Program-made: the position numbers and the translations under genes
Assembly (NCBI GenBank): GCA_964016885.1
Contig: OZ024764.1
Coordinates: 25,358,001 to 25,422,000, forward strand
Reading direction: 5' to 3'
DNA from: Eledone cirrhosa
Taxonomy: Eukaryota
DNA length: 64,000 nucleotides
Part shown: one piece after another, positions 1 through 13,349 of the stretch
Position numbering within the stretch: position 1 is the stretch's first letter
How the letters are laid out: each line of letters opens with the position of its first letter
Notes under the pieces: generated by a model
Told to the model about the DNA's origin: nothing
The model's database searches: none
What the model saw: only the letters and a program-made list of their open reading frames with translations

Positions 1-564
1 CTTTTTAGCGATACTCCGGCCAAATTTCAACTCACTCAACAAACATTAGGACATAAGTGATTATATTCCCAATTATGTGTTCGGGGTGCTAACTAAAAGT
101 ATTGCGTGGAAAATTGGCTGTATTATTTCAAATGAGACATATCTAATATATCTCTTCCCAGACGGACGTCTCGTTTCATTATAGGACTCCTAGAATTTGG
201 GTGAAATTATACCAATTTATGTAGGAGCTTGTATACCATCAATAGATATATATTCAAGTGGGCTCCTATAATTCATCAGTGGGTGCCCCAATAATACTAA
301 TATTGATAATCTAACCAACATCAGCATTTAGCGATAATCATTTTCTGTGCCTGAGGTATCTGTCAGGTAGCCAGTCCAGCAGTTCTGAAAGAAGTGCTCG
401 AACTGATTCAAAAAAAATGAGGAAGTGAATTACCGCCAAAAAAAAAACAAACATGCACGTGACAATGAACTCTGAAAGGAATTCAGGCCACGTGCTAAGA
501 ACTCAATTCAAAATTAAAAACATATCTATGTGTGTACAACATTTGATGACACACACATATATAT

Positions 565-1521
565 ACTAGACATGAAAAATGCGCAAGCTCAAAAGTGCCA
601 CAGAATGTTATAATAAACCTTCAAAAGTGTGGGACTAGAGTTGTTGCTAAAAAATGTTGTAATCATTATATATCGTACATTCTGTGGCATCCTTTATAAA
701 AATAGCTTAAACCAACGAAGCCTTTATTTTTACGCTATTTCACTTAGTTAATTCTTAGAGTGTAACATATAAAAATATGATTTACAACTATAAAATAAAT
801 TAATTAATATAATAACAGAGCTGCGGAGCTGAAATTTAGGAAATAATGGAGTATCGGATCCTGAGTTGGAGCCAGTCAATTTTTGGCCGACTCCGCAGCC
901 CTGTATAATACATTTCATATTAAAGTTATTAATAAATCTATTTTACACTTCATGCAAATTACCATGAGATATTGATATTAGATATAAGATACAGCGCAAT
1001 ATCTACAGCTGTAAAAGTACGAAAGCGAAGTAATAATAAGTGGCTTAAGGTAATTCCAATATGAAAGTTTGTAGTGATAAAAATTTGATAATGCAATACG
1101 ATTGTTAATATTATAGTTCTATGAAAATGTAACAATAGATAACTAAATTATTTTACTATTAGTATATTTAAGAAATTATCATTATAGATTTGATCGTTCA
1201 TATAAGCATCATATTAAGTTTCAACACAATTATTTTGTTACTATGAGTATATGATAATAATATTACGTAATTATTTATAGCTGTTATTACATTAAACATA
1301 GATGTATTTATTTTTATATGTTACACTCTAAGAATTAACTAAGTGAAATAGCGTAAAAATAAAGGCTTCGTTGGTTTAAGCTATTTTTATAAAGGATGCC
1401 ACAGAATGTACGATATATAATGATTACAATATTTTTTAGCAACAACTCTAGTCCCACACTTTTGAAGGTTTATTATAACATTCTGTGGCACTTTTGAGCT
1501 TGCGCATTTTTCATGTCTAGT
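565..1521. repeat. Long inverted repeat, ~213-bp arms (565-777 / 1309-1521) with a ~530-bp spacer
   Basis: ACTAGACATGAAAAATGCGC...GTAACATATAAAAATA is reverse-complemented at 1309-1521 almost perfectly. Confidence 0.9.
816..903. mobile_element. Tiny hAT-like MITE
   Basis: TIRs CAGAGCTGCGGAG / CTCCGCAGCCCTG; 8-bp flanks TATAATAA / TATAATAC (7/8 match, TSD-like). Confidence 0.65.
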
Positions 1522-2709
1522 TTAATATTTTTTTAAGGCAACGCTTGTAATAACTCTAGTTAAACAGGATATATATTAATAATAAATTATCGTTGTAATG
1601 TAATTAGATTATGTAATTGTTATTATAAATTATCTTATAAATATTAGTGTAAGATGTATAAAAATATTTTCAGACTTTTAATATAAACAACTACAAAAAA
1701 CAATCAATATTAAATCAATATATTATACATAATAGAAAACATAAAATATACAATACAAAAACAAAATATTTACATACAATTGCAATTATCAGTGTATATA
1801 CATTTTCTTTATATTCCCTGAGCAAATTAATAAGATTTGTTTTTATTGTACATAATTTGATGACTTGTTGGAGTGTATTAAAAGATAGCAACAATTTGTG
1901 ATTAAATTGTTATCTTAAGCAACTCACTTTTTAATAGTTGTTGGCTGAGCGAAATTGTAAAAGCCTATGAGCAAATATAAAAAAAAATACACAAACAACA
2001 TTTCCTTGTGTTATTACAACATTAGATAAAATAATTGAGCAATGTCGTTATATTTTGCTCTTATTGCACATTAATAGTGTTTCTATTTTTCGGCACAAAT
2101 CCATTACGGCAGTCCATTACTGGTACTTTATTTTATCGAATTAGTAAGTATGAAAGTCGAAGTTAACCTCGGCAGGATTTGAACTTAGAATGCAAAGGAC
2201 CATAACAATACTGCAAAGCATGGTGTCTGACGCTCTACCAATACTTGTGTTGAGCTGGTCATTAATTTATGGTGGTCGTGCGTGGAGTAGAGCAATCGCT
2301 AGTTGAAATATGAACAAAACATTTTTATTTGCCGAAGAACATATTTTCAATACTGTTTGTGAATGTGACGAAGGAAATACATTCTGATATGGAACAGTGT
2401 ACAAGGTGTGTCTGTGAATAACATAATGTTACCTCATGTTGTTGTCAAGACATAATGGATTTCGTATATCCAGTTAGAAGATGAAACCTAGCCATCTCGG
2501 ATTAGTTATATTTCATGCCATGTGTAAACGTGTTTGAGGATAGCAAAATATGCGTGTTTCTTGTCTGGAAACTTTCTGCTAAACTGATTGGTTTCGTTTT
2601 TGGCACTATACAATACTCATCCAACAGATAGCTGTATTGGATCCTTGATTGGTTAATATTTAGGTGAGGGTGCTTGATGCAGAGTTAGTGCAAAATGGAT
2701 CAATGAGTG

Positions 2710-3362
2710 TAATAATAATAATGATAATAATAATGAAAATATTGTGTACAATGCTGAGGTGCACTACAACTCATCAAAAGTGCATATATAATACATAGGG
2801 TAATATAAAAACGTCAGGAAAAAAGAACAGTGCATGAGTCATGATATACACATATGTGCATGTGTATGGAAGGGGGACATCAGGTGTAGTTTTGGTGTAT
2901 TTCGGAATGTATGATGGTTTTAAAGGATGCAGTGTGTCATCAGCTAACAACTGATGCAGGAAGTTTGTTCCATCCTTCAGCAACTCTGAGCATGAAGAAA
3001 TATTTCCTAAAGTCATGGGAGCTGTGTTGTTTTCTGACTTTGTAGGCATGTCCACGTGTTAGACACATGGAGATCAAAAAGGTGTTCGGGGTTGTTGTTG
3101 GTCGGATGGTTAATAACTTTGTGGGTGTTTACCAAGTCCATTGCCAGAGGGAAGCAAAATATTCAGGGTATGGTAGGTGTCTGATGGAGGGTATGCGCTT
3201 GGTTGCATGTCTCTGAACAGTTTCCAGGAGGTCAATGTTCTGAGCAAGATAGGGGTTCCAGACTGATGACGCGAACTCCAAGTGTATTCGTACCATAGAT
3301 GTATACAGCTTTAAATAGATGGCTGGAGAGCAGCTAATGAAGGTCTTGCTGATTGATGCCAA
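2710..3362 (-). mobile_element. CR1/L2-type LINE 3' remnant
   Basis: ORF 3129-3362 (LYTSMVRIHLEFASSVWNPY...LETVQRHATKRIP) matches the CR1-group ORF2 C-terminal motif; (TTA)n-like tail near 2711-2735. Confidence 0.8.
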
Positions 3363-4853
3363 GTCAATCTTAATAAATTGACTGATTTATCTGTTCACTA
3401 CTGCTAATCCACCGCTGTTTGTACAATTTTTTAGATAATGTCAATTTGAGCTTGAATCATTGGCGTAATGAAATTTGAAAAGATTATAAGCAAATCTTTT
3501 TTAAAATACACAGACAACATTTAACTGTATCGTTGCAACATTAGATCTAATAATGGAGCAACATTTGTGCAGAATTATTGTTTGTGCAATAAGATATTTT
3601 TTTTTCTCCTATTGTTGATTTAAATTTCATATGTCGATTATTATAGTTGAATTAATAAAAAAATTAAATATTACATACAAATAGTTTAACATAATAATAA
3701 AAAAAATAATCCAACATAATAATAATAAAATAATTTAACACAAAACAAACAATATAGACAAATATACAAGTAAATATGATACAACCAATATTATAAGCAT
3801 GTTATATAAATAAATCTTGTAATTTAATATATAATAGTTAATAATTACTTTTACAAAAGCATATTGGCAAATGGACAAGTAACTATTAACTATATCATTC
3901 ATATAAAAGTAAATAAACGTTACAATCAATATTGGAAGGTGCATTATAAAGATATGTAAATAAAAAACGTTTATAATTTATTTTAATATATTTTTAAAAT
4001 ATAAGACTAAAAAAAAAATGTTTAAAGAAAGCATAAAATACAAAACAAAATATAGTTGACACCACACAATGTGCAGATATATAATTTTAGTCAGCCATAT
4101 TAATCCAAAGTATCAGAGGATTTTTGTGTTGCTAAAAAAGGCACAAAAATAGTGTATGTATTTTCACATAAAAGGCTTTACCTTATATAATTATCTCATA
4201 TAATATTGAATCTACGAGAGTTTTATGTTATTTATTTTGAGAAAAATACCTTACTATCAGTATGAGTGGCTAATTATGGCCAGTTTGAATAGAAAGAGGC
4301 GAGAGAATTATGGTCGGATATGGTCTCTTTAAATGCTAAAGCGCTAGAGAGTTTCTGGTACAAAAATTAATACATTGGAATTTAAAATATAATACAACAT
4401 TGAAAGTAATTGATATAATGGATAAAAAATAAAAGATTTATAAAATTAGATAATAATAGATAAAAATATGCTTAATTTAAGATAAAATATTGATAAAATT
4501 ATAATACATAAAAATTGATATCATACGGAGAGTATAGTTCAGTGACAAAATGGTCCCAAGAATATGGTTGAGTGACATGTGTTTTCAATATTATATCTCA
4601 AAAGGCCATAGTAGCTGCAAACCAATTTCACAATTTCCCGAGGGTAAAAAAAACAGCAGAAATTCACCATGAAGATAATATATCTAAATGGTGGGACTGG
4701 ATTCATATTCCAATAAATTCAGAAATGCCCTAAAGAAATAGAAACAAAGCAATAGTTAGAGATAACAAGACATCTCCCAACCTCTGTTACTTTTTCTTAG
4801 GATCAAGCAAATTTTTCAAAAAATGCTTGCTGCTGTACATTGGCGGTGAAAGT

Positions 4854-5680
4854 TCAATTCAACTTTTCTAAAAACAACAGGTAGTTGTTAAGCAGTTTCG
4901 ACGGGAAACCTATATACTGCTTGGAAAAGACGGCATCGTTAATAATGTCCCATCTGTCCTGATTGCGGACGATGCTGGTGTAGTGCCCGGAGTCTGCACT
5001 AGCCAGTGAATGCAAGACGGAGCCGATTAGTCGGAATTTTTGGCCGTAAATGCTCTGCTTGTTCGGAGAGAAATTCATCAACTCAGAATCAATTCTGATC
5101 ATCTGATTGTTTGTATATTCGAATCTATTCAAATAAACAACCAAGTAACGCATTGTGTTTGGAAATACATGGTTAACTGTACCAAAGTGCTCGGTGTCAA
5201 TGCCACACAGATCGCATCTCTTAATGAGTTTTGAGCAAGCTTTTGAATTGCTGCCGACCATTAACAGGCTGCAACGTCAGATCAGACTTTACATCAGTTA
5301 TATGTGTGCAAGTGCTACAGCCGTTGATCGATGCACAATAACATTCATCATTGTGCAATCTGGGGCAATTGTGCTCGTGTTTTCTAGTGCAGCTGAATAG
5401 TTGGTGAATAGTTGTTTAATTCTTTTAGAGAACAACTGATAAATGTGCTTCCAAAAATCGTGCGCACACTGTTGGGTACCATCATTAAACCTGCCGCCGA
5501 GGATATTTCTCAAATTTGCGACCGATTTAGTTCCAGATGACGATATAATATCGCTAATTTCACGAATAGCAACATCATCAGTGGACTGAATGTGTTCAAC
5601 CAACAACACCAGCTGGCGTATAACTTGCATGGTGCTGTTTACAAAGCAAGCATTTCTCTCATTGATCAGCGAAATGTACG
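4854..5680 (-). pseudogene. USP/Peptidase C19-like deubiquitinase domain fused to the helicase
   Basis: Cys box LINERNACFVNSTMQ (Cys codon 5646-5648); QQCAHDF (cf. QQDAHEF); YLVVYLNRF; His box LIGSVLH...SGHYTSIVR...WDIINDA (His codon 4983-4985). Frameshifted around 5220-5340. Confidence 0.8.
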
Positions 5681-5839
5681 GCTTTGCAACCGTTTTCTCA
5701 GTTCTGGCCTTTTTTGGATTCGCCAAGTTGACCATTCCACTGTCAATATTAATAGCAAATTTACTTTTTTTAGTTGCTTTTTTGGCCTGTCCAATACTGT
5801 TGGGCCTCACGTTACACAATGGAAGCGGTCCCATATTAA

Positions 5840-8027
5840 TGGTCTCTCTCAAATAATTGTATTCTCTCCAAGCACTAGAGTCGCACATGATCAAACTCGT
5901 TGGATCAAGATCAATCAAGTAAACATTGCACAGTTTGCGGGCTCTAGACAAGGCTACATAGGCCATACCGTCTGCAAAAACGCCAGTGCCCAAATCAACA
6001 ACGACTCCATCGACACTTATTCCCTGTGATTTGTGGATGGAAATTGCATATGCAATGCACAAGGGATATTGTTCTCTAGTGATAAAAACACTAGGAGACA
6101 ATTCGTAATCGGCTTTGACACGTTTGATGGCAACAATTTGGTTTGTACTCTCAAAGAGAACGTCAATGGAAGTAATTTTTCCAAACTCATAATTGAGTTG
6201 CTTTACAGTTCCCATTGCACCATTGCACAAGCCTTTCTCAAGATCGATGTTGCGTTTAAGCATAACTCGAGCATTAACGCCAACTTTAAGAACAGTTTCA
6301 AGGCCAGCAGTATCAGAAGTCTTTTTAGTGGTCAGCTTTTTTCTTTTTGTTTTCTTTTGACATTTGGTTTGCCTCATATTCGAATCAATAGCCATAAGTT
6401 CAACGGTATTAATGCCAAGTTTATTGAGCATTGCAGCGTTAAACTTTTCTACTGACTCGTTTAGAGGCATGATACAGACGATACTCAAATTAGAAGTCTG
6501 TATCAGCTCACACATTTTGTAAGCAACCTGATCAATGGAAGCTTTGCCGTTGAGATAAATTCTATGCTTATTTAGAATTTCAATATCTGAATCAAGTGGT
6601 GAACCCAGCCTTATTCGGCCGAGCATGTCAACATAATTATCCAAGTCTTCTTTCTGACGCATGTTGACTGTCAACTCGTCGTACTTGAAGTACCTCCACA
6701 AATGGTGGCTGCTGACGCCTATGCATGATCTTTGTGCATCTTGGTGAGTAACTTTGTTAAACACCGGCTTTTCTCTAACAGGCGGTAATTGAAGCAAATC
6801 TCCAAAAACAACAATGTTCATTCGCCCGAAAGGAGAAATACCTTGGGCAAAGTCACAAAACAATTGGCCCAATCTCAAGTGAATGAATGCTAACTGCAAA
6901 TGACTGACCTTGCTAATCTCATCGATTATGATCAGTCGGACATATTGAAGCCCCATCCTCAGCATTTTCAAAAAGTCCTTTGGTAGATCATCGTACACGG
7001 GAGTTTTACCGTGCTGCACTTTGAGCTTTAGCATTCGATGAACAGTCATGCCGTTGAGTTGGAAAGCAGCCATTCCTGTGGGTGCCGATATCACTACGCT
7101 CGGGCCATTGTCATTTGGATACATGTACTGAATTTTATCAGCCAGTACATTTATCAAAAAACTCTTGCCCGTGCCACCAACACCTGAAACAAATTTCAAG
7201 ACTTGTAGACAATCATCGCAACTACATCTCGGATAAGGTTTGCTGTTGTCCCAATGTTTGTCTTGTTTGTCAATACCGGCAACGATATCGTCATAAATTT
7301 TTCTTTGCACTTCATTCAGTTTATTTTCTTTATGCCTCAGTGAATCCTCATTGACATCTCTCATGCAAGGCAAATCGACATTAGCATCATCAACTGCCAA
7401 CGCCTCCATGTCATCACCGCAAGAATGGTCATCATTATCATGAGACTGAATATGTTTGGCTTGTTCCAGCGCATTCTCCAAACGTTTGCGCACATTCTGG
7501 AACCTGACCATTTCAGATAAATGGTTTGCGCACTGTTCAAAAGACTCTTTATAAGTCTCACAACCTCCCAGCAAGTCTTTTTCCTCGTCTCGCCAAGATT
7601 TAAAGAGCATAAGCAGGTTGTGGTGATAGCTCTCACAGGTATCTGCAGTCAATCTAATGTTTGGCGACTTCACAATCCGCTCTTTCACAGATTTGAAATA
7701 GCCAAGATTATTTCTCAACCTGAAGTCGTCATCAAAATTGCTGTTACCAATTGGATTCACATGTTCGTATTTACTCGCAAATTCATACAAACACATGTGC
7801 TCCATCGAATCAGGCCTGTTTGGATACCAATTTTCAACCATATTCTCGTAATAAAGATCGGTAGAATACGGTTTCAATTTATCCAGTTCATACTGAGGCC
7901 TGAACCTGTGGGATCGGTAACTAGGCAAATCGGCTCCAATCCAAATGAGGCTTTCAGAGCATCCATAAAAATGGTGGCCAAGCAATTTGTCTGCAGCCTC
8001 ATAGGCACCTGTATCACGCTTGCCCAT
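5840..8027 (-). pseudogene. PIF1-family SF1B helicase part
   Basis: SGVGGTGKS (Walker A), IIIDEIS (Walker B), FGDLLQLPPV, NMRQ, GLCNGAMG, QYPLCIAYAISIHKSQG, YVALSRAR. Confidence 0.95.
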
Positions 8028-11000
8028 CAGCTTAAGTCCGACACTCTTGTATCTGGAGTAAATGGACGTGGACTTGTCAATCTCAGCCCAAATACCTTCA
8101 GTTTCAGTCTTTTCAGACTTTGTCTGATAACTAGTAACATATCAGTTTAGAATCATGCTATCTTCACCGATGTATAGGTTATCGACATTAGCTTTCCAGA
8201 CATACAGAACAACAGGATTGTAGTCATTGATGCACTCTTCCCCTTGTCGTCTGTCAAGCTTGTACAACTTTTTGACAGCTCTACCTTTGTGTCGAGATTT
8301 TATGCACTCGTTGACGCTAAGCAAATTGAAATTCCCGATAGGACGAGGAAATCCAAACCTGCATCGAGTGTAAAAACGACCACTCGAAAATATTTGCCTT
8401 TTGCAGGATCCACTACACACATGTCGTTGAAAACGCAACACCAAGTCTGACAAAACGGGCTTTCTACATTGGACGGCATGCGACATGTGATCATGGACTG
8501 TATAAACGTCTGAATAGCATACTTGTCGTCTCTGTCCATAATAGGGCCATCTTTAATCCATAATTTCATGTGAACATGCGGAGCACCTCTCATTTGGTAT
8601 TCCAACCTCCAAAAAAAGTGCTCGACAATACCAAACGGAGAATTGGTATGTTTAACAACTTCTTTCATAAAGGTGGTGAACCGATGGTGAAAATGTTCGC
8701 TAACAGCCACCACGTCATCCGCGCACAACTCATTGGTGCGTTTTCTAGAAATGTCTGGTATGTCAGCATTCAACTTTTCCAGGAACTCTCTCAGATCAGG
8801 CCAAAAGTACTCTGCACAAGACAAAGTTAAGAACAAGTGGGCCGGGCCAAATTTCTCGTCCATAGCCATCAAGTCTGAACATTTTCTAGACCAAAACTGC
8901 TTGGAACCACGGACATTGGCCATCATCATATTTAAATTGCCCTCTAGGTGCCTGTCATTTTCATGAAGCCGCCTTCTAAACTCGCTTATAGTCATGCGGC
9001 TGTTTTTGGTGGTCTTCATGATGGCATATATACCAGAATCAATGCCTCTCTTGTCGGCTTTATCAAGACAAAACATGAGATATTGTATATCTCGCCGAAA
9101 TCTAGAGTCGCTATGATTCAGTCTGTTTCTTATGAACATGTATGGCTTTACAGCGCCAAACGGTCTATTGTCCACGAAAATGCCAAACTGACCAGTTGGA
9201 TAAAGACAAGGAAAGCACAACAACTCAAGTTTTTTATCATTGTCTGCAATGAAATCGCCTTCCACTCTTTTCATTTTGTACAAAGCCAAGTCAGTGTCTG
9301 CGGGGAGACACGGATTCATGTCTTTAACAGTGTGATGCTCATAGGTAATGCCATCATTCGATTTAAGTAAAAGATTATCGAATTTGGCATTATTAACTCC
9401 CGAGCACTCGACAATGTTTTCATTTTCCGTATCGGCGTAGCGATTGATCTTAACATCGGCATACATTACATTGTTTGCTGCAAGCCAATCAAGTGCCTTC
9501 AATACTTTACTCATGTCTACCATTGAACGCCAGATAATTTGTTTCCGCGAAGGCAAGCTATCAACGACTATTTTAAGCATGTCGTCTTGAAGCGCAGGTA
9601 ACGTATCCATGGTGCGGTTAATAGTTCCGTCCATAGGCAAAGGCAAGTGAATTGCAATTCCTTTAATAGCGGAAATGCATGCTGAAATATTGCCTTTGAA
9701 TGAGTATGGCACCAGTTTTATTACATTGACGAAACATTTGGCCCGTTGTACAAGTATTCGCTCATATGTATTAAGATCAGCAAGTTCTTTGGGAACGGCA
9801 GCAACGCCCAAGCCATTTATTGAGGCCATTGAAGGCACCCCACTGTTGCGCAAATGTGTAGTGCATGTTGTGCAGACTGTGCAAGGCAAAGAGTAGTTGG
9901 CAGTTATTGCATCCTTTGCAACGGCCGTTTTAAAATATCTAGAGTTCCAATTATCCCAAACTTTTAGTTCCTTGCTATATTTGCGCAGTTTGCAGATATG
10001 ACAATGTTGGATTTTATAGTTGGTAATTTCAGATTGAAATCTTTGAACTTGATTACCATATTTATGAATGACATCTGCATCAGTGTGTTCGACATCATTG
10101 AAACCAGTGCACATATTATTGAATTTAACTGCAATAGCACGCTCAATGTTGGCAACGTCTGTCAAATTCTCAAAGTTGGTCCAATCGCCATTGAAAACAG
10201 CTTCATTGTACTTGTTGAGCCAAATACATAAGGACCGAACTTTATAAATTTTCCTCAGCAATGTGCGCAACTTTGGCGAGTGAACTGCTATGGATTTTAA
10301 AAAGCCAAATTCACTGGTGCAGCCAGTTTGACCGATGCAGTGCTGATCATTATCATGAGTAACATTGCAAAACTCATATTTCTCGATCAACTGCCTTATT
10401 TCAGCAACTGTCATATCGGCATTGAGTTTTGGAAGTTTATCATCAATTCTTTGGCACAAAGTTAGACGAGCAGCTGAGTCATTTGGACATGTATCTAATA
10501 TGGAAGACCCGCAAGGTCTAACCAAACATTTAGACACATCATTATCATCATTCTGCTCGTCAGCATTAGCCATGTCATTCACAATGTTGTCTGTCTCCTC
10601 ATTATTGATAACGACTATTCGGACTTTCTCAACGGACTGATTTTTAAACTCATCCATTTTCATGTACTTTGCAGTGCTCTTGTCAAAATTAGGAAGCTCA
10701 TTGGTGGAACTGTGATAATGTTGATTTCCCCAATAATGCAACAAACCGTTAGCATTGACCTTTTCCATCAATGTATGCACAGCTTTAACATTTATTTTTA
10801 ATTGAGCACACACAAAATTTCGCATCCCAACAGATCTGGAGAACACACTCAGCACGTGACTATATGCGTCGTTGCGAAGATTGGTATCTGTTATTGTCTT
10901 TTTATATGACTTAACAAATTGGGACATCAAGATCTGATGCTGCATCCGGAAGTCAACCATTTTATTTAGTTTCTTCATTTGATACAAAGACCGCTTATGA

Positions 11001-11515
11001 AGAAACTTTTTTTTATAATATGTTTTCTCATAAGACTGTATATTATCTTTATGGTGAATTTTATACATAGCCTTTGTTTGTAATACTTTGTCTTGATTTG
11101 CAGATCTGTACTTGGTCTGCTCTTTAGCCAACTCGGCTTGCTTTTGAGATATAATAGCTGAATTTGCAGATCTATACTTGGCCTGCTTGTTTGCCAACTC
11201 ATACCGTTTTGAACATCTATACTTGGCCTGTTTTTGTGTTAATTTAGCAAAATTCACAGCTCTATAATCGGCCTGTTTTTGTCTCAACTTCTCCCGATTC
11301 CGCATCCGGTAAGCTGCTTTCACATCCAATTTAATATGCCCATCTAGATTATTAGCACAGGAATGTGAACAAGCTTGTGGGATCACATCATTGTAAGTAT
11401 ATGAACTGCCTGCAACATCAAGACCCAATTCACAAGTGCAGCGTTGCTCATTCACATCGGCAGTGGGGACACCAAAATCAGTGACAGGTCTCGATTCACT
11501 CGCGAGATACATCAC
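8028..11515 (-). pseudogene. Helitron Rep (HUH replication initiator) part with N-terminal basic repeats and a DUF6570-like region
   Basis: Motif 1 FLTLSCAEYFWPDL; motif 2 WRLEYQMRGAPHVHMKLWI; frameshift near 8455 into LVLRFQRHVCSGSC; in-frame TGA at 8142-8144 followed by motif 3 YVTSYQTK, which reads in frame into the 5298-8027 ORF. Confidence 0.9.
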
Positions 11516-11692
11516 AGCTACACTATATATTTAAACATATATACAGTGATACCTCGCTACTTGGCGGTTCATACGCTATATATATATATATATATATATA
11601 AATATAAGTAATTAATACCGTATAAATGGTACAAAGACTGTTTATGTAAAATGTATTTCTCAACAGAGTATTGAATACTTAGGAGAAATTCA

Positions 11693-11902
11693 AAACGAAG
11701 AGTGATAAAATTTCAAGCAAAGAGTTTAATTAGGTAATGACTTACAAATTTGTTTCAGTATATAGACAAAGCCTGAAGCGTTAATTATAATAATTAGTTA
11801 ATAATATTACAAAATATATTAATATTATATTAAATATATACTGAAACAAATTTGTAAGTCATTACCTAATTAAACTCTTTGCTTGAAATGTTATCATTCT
11901 TC

Positions 11903-11906
<4 letters not shown>
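11693..11906. repeat. Inverted repeat (~72-bp arms) with a degenerate hammerhead-like motif, between (TA)n tracts
   Basis: 11693-11764 vs 11835-11906; contains CTGAAG...GAAACAAATTTGTA. Confidence 0.75.
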
Positions 11907-11977
<71 letters not shown>

Positions 11978-13299
11978 TCTAGTCCTTCGCTCAAGATTAA
12001 TCTATAAGTTTAGATGTCTGCCTTCGTTTAAGTAAATATTACAGTAAGATTTTTAATATAAACAACTACAAAAAACAATTAATATTAAAACGAAAAAATT
12101 ATCAATGATAAAAGAAACGGATGCAACTTTTTTTATAAAGTTATATTCCTGTTTCTTTAAAGAACATTTCATTTTTGTAGGCGAAATAATGCAATGGTTT
12201 AATAGGGAAGATATAACTTACCAATTATGTCTCTAACCGTGTAACGCTTTTGAAGTAGATAACTACAATTGAAAATACTAAAGAAATGGAACCAACAATT
12301 CAATTTGAAAGTCGTCTACTTATAGTGACAGTGTATTACTGGTACTTTATTTTATCGACCCCGTAACGATGAAAGGCAAAAATGCAAATGTTTAAAATTT
12401 AAATTGCCTTAATTCTATCGTCTGCTGTTTCATTAAAGGGAGATTCTCGTCTGTATTTAATTCTATCGTCTACTGTTCCACTAAACAGATATACCTCCAC
12501 TATCGTCTCTATTTATACATTTTAACTTATAACTTATACACATTTGATTTGAAATATTTTATCTAGTCCCCCCTCTCAATATTATGATGATTTCTTTCGA
12601 ATGAAACAGTTCTAGTCCTGTAGAAGCCATTTATATATATAATTGAACTGAGTTAAACATTCACAATATTTATAATTAAATAAGCTCATATATATATGTG
12701 TGTATTTATCTGTTTATTGTATTATATATAATGTGTGTATATACAGGATGTCCCCCAAAAATATATACACACTTCAACAGCATTCTAATAACTATTGCCT
12801 GTACAGGTAATCAAAGTGTCAATCGAATGTTAGTTTCGTGTTTTAACAGTACAAATTTACAATACACACATAACACACATAAAACCAGTGTATATACATA
12901 CATGAGTGTGTATACACATACATGAATGTGTATATACAATATATATGTATATATATATAGACACATATATTCACGGTGCAACGGAACATTAAAATATAGA
13001 TGCGGGGTGTGTGTGTATATATAGGGGCGCTGTGGATAAAGGAGTGTAAAGCGTGTGTAATTGATATATTGAAGGAGAGGAGCGTGCAGCGATAGAGTAA
13101 CAAATATATAGAGAGGGGGAGAGATGGTATTGAAGGGGAGGAGTGCAAAGAGTAAGAGAGATATATATAGAGACGGAACAGATAGAGAGAAACAGGCGTA
13201 AGTAACAGTGGAAGAGATATATAGAGAGGGGGAAATGTGTTATTGAAGGGGAGGAGTGTAAAGCGAAAGCGTAAGATATATATAGAGAGAGGGGGAATA

Positions 13300-13349
<50 letters not shown>

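Larger units (their letters stand above)
4854..11515 (-). mobile_element. Helentron/Helitron2-type rolling-circle transposon coding region (Rep + PIF1 helicase + USP domain), disabled by a few frameshifts and stops
   Basis: Collinear ORFs 8300-11515, 8142-8486, 5298-8027 and 4854-5261; a GC-richer island in AT-rich flanks; termini not identified. Confidence 0.9.

Noticed and set aside
5040-10640. Plus-strand ORFs overlapping the Helentron
   Set aside because: Antisense shadows of a long coding sequence with no recognisable motifs.
4854-11515. Endogenous virus, or host PIF1/USP gene
   Set aside because: Intronless, with Helitron-specific HUH Rep motifs fused upstream and no capsid or polymerase genes.
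1674-12088. 40-bp direct repeat (1674-1713 / 12048-12088) as Helentron boundaries
   Set aside because: Low-complexity AT-rich match; Helitrons do not make such terminal repeats, and unrelated TEs lie between.
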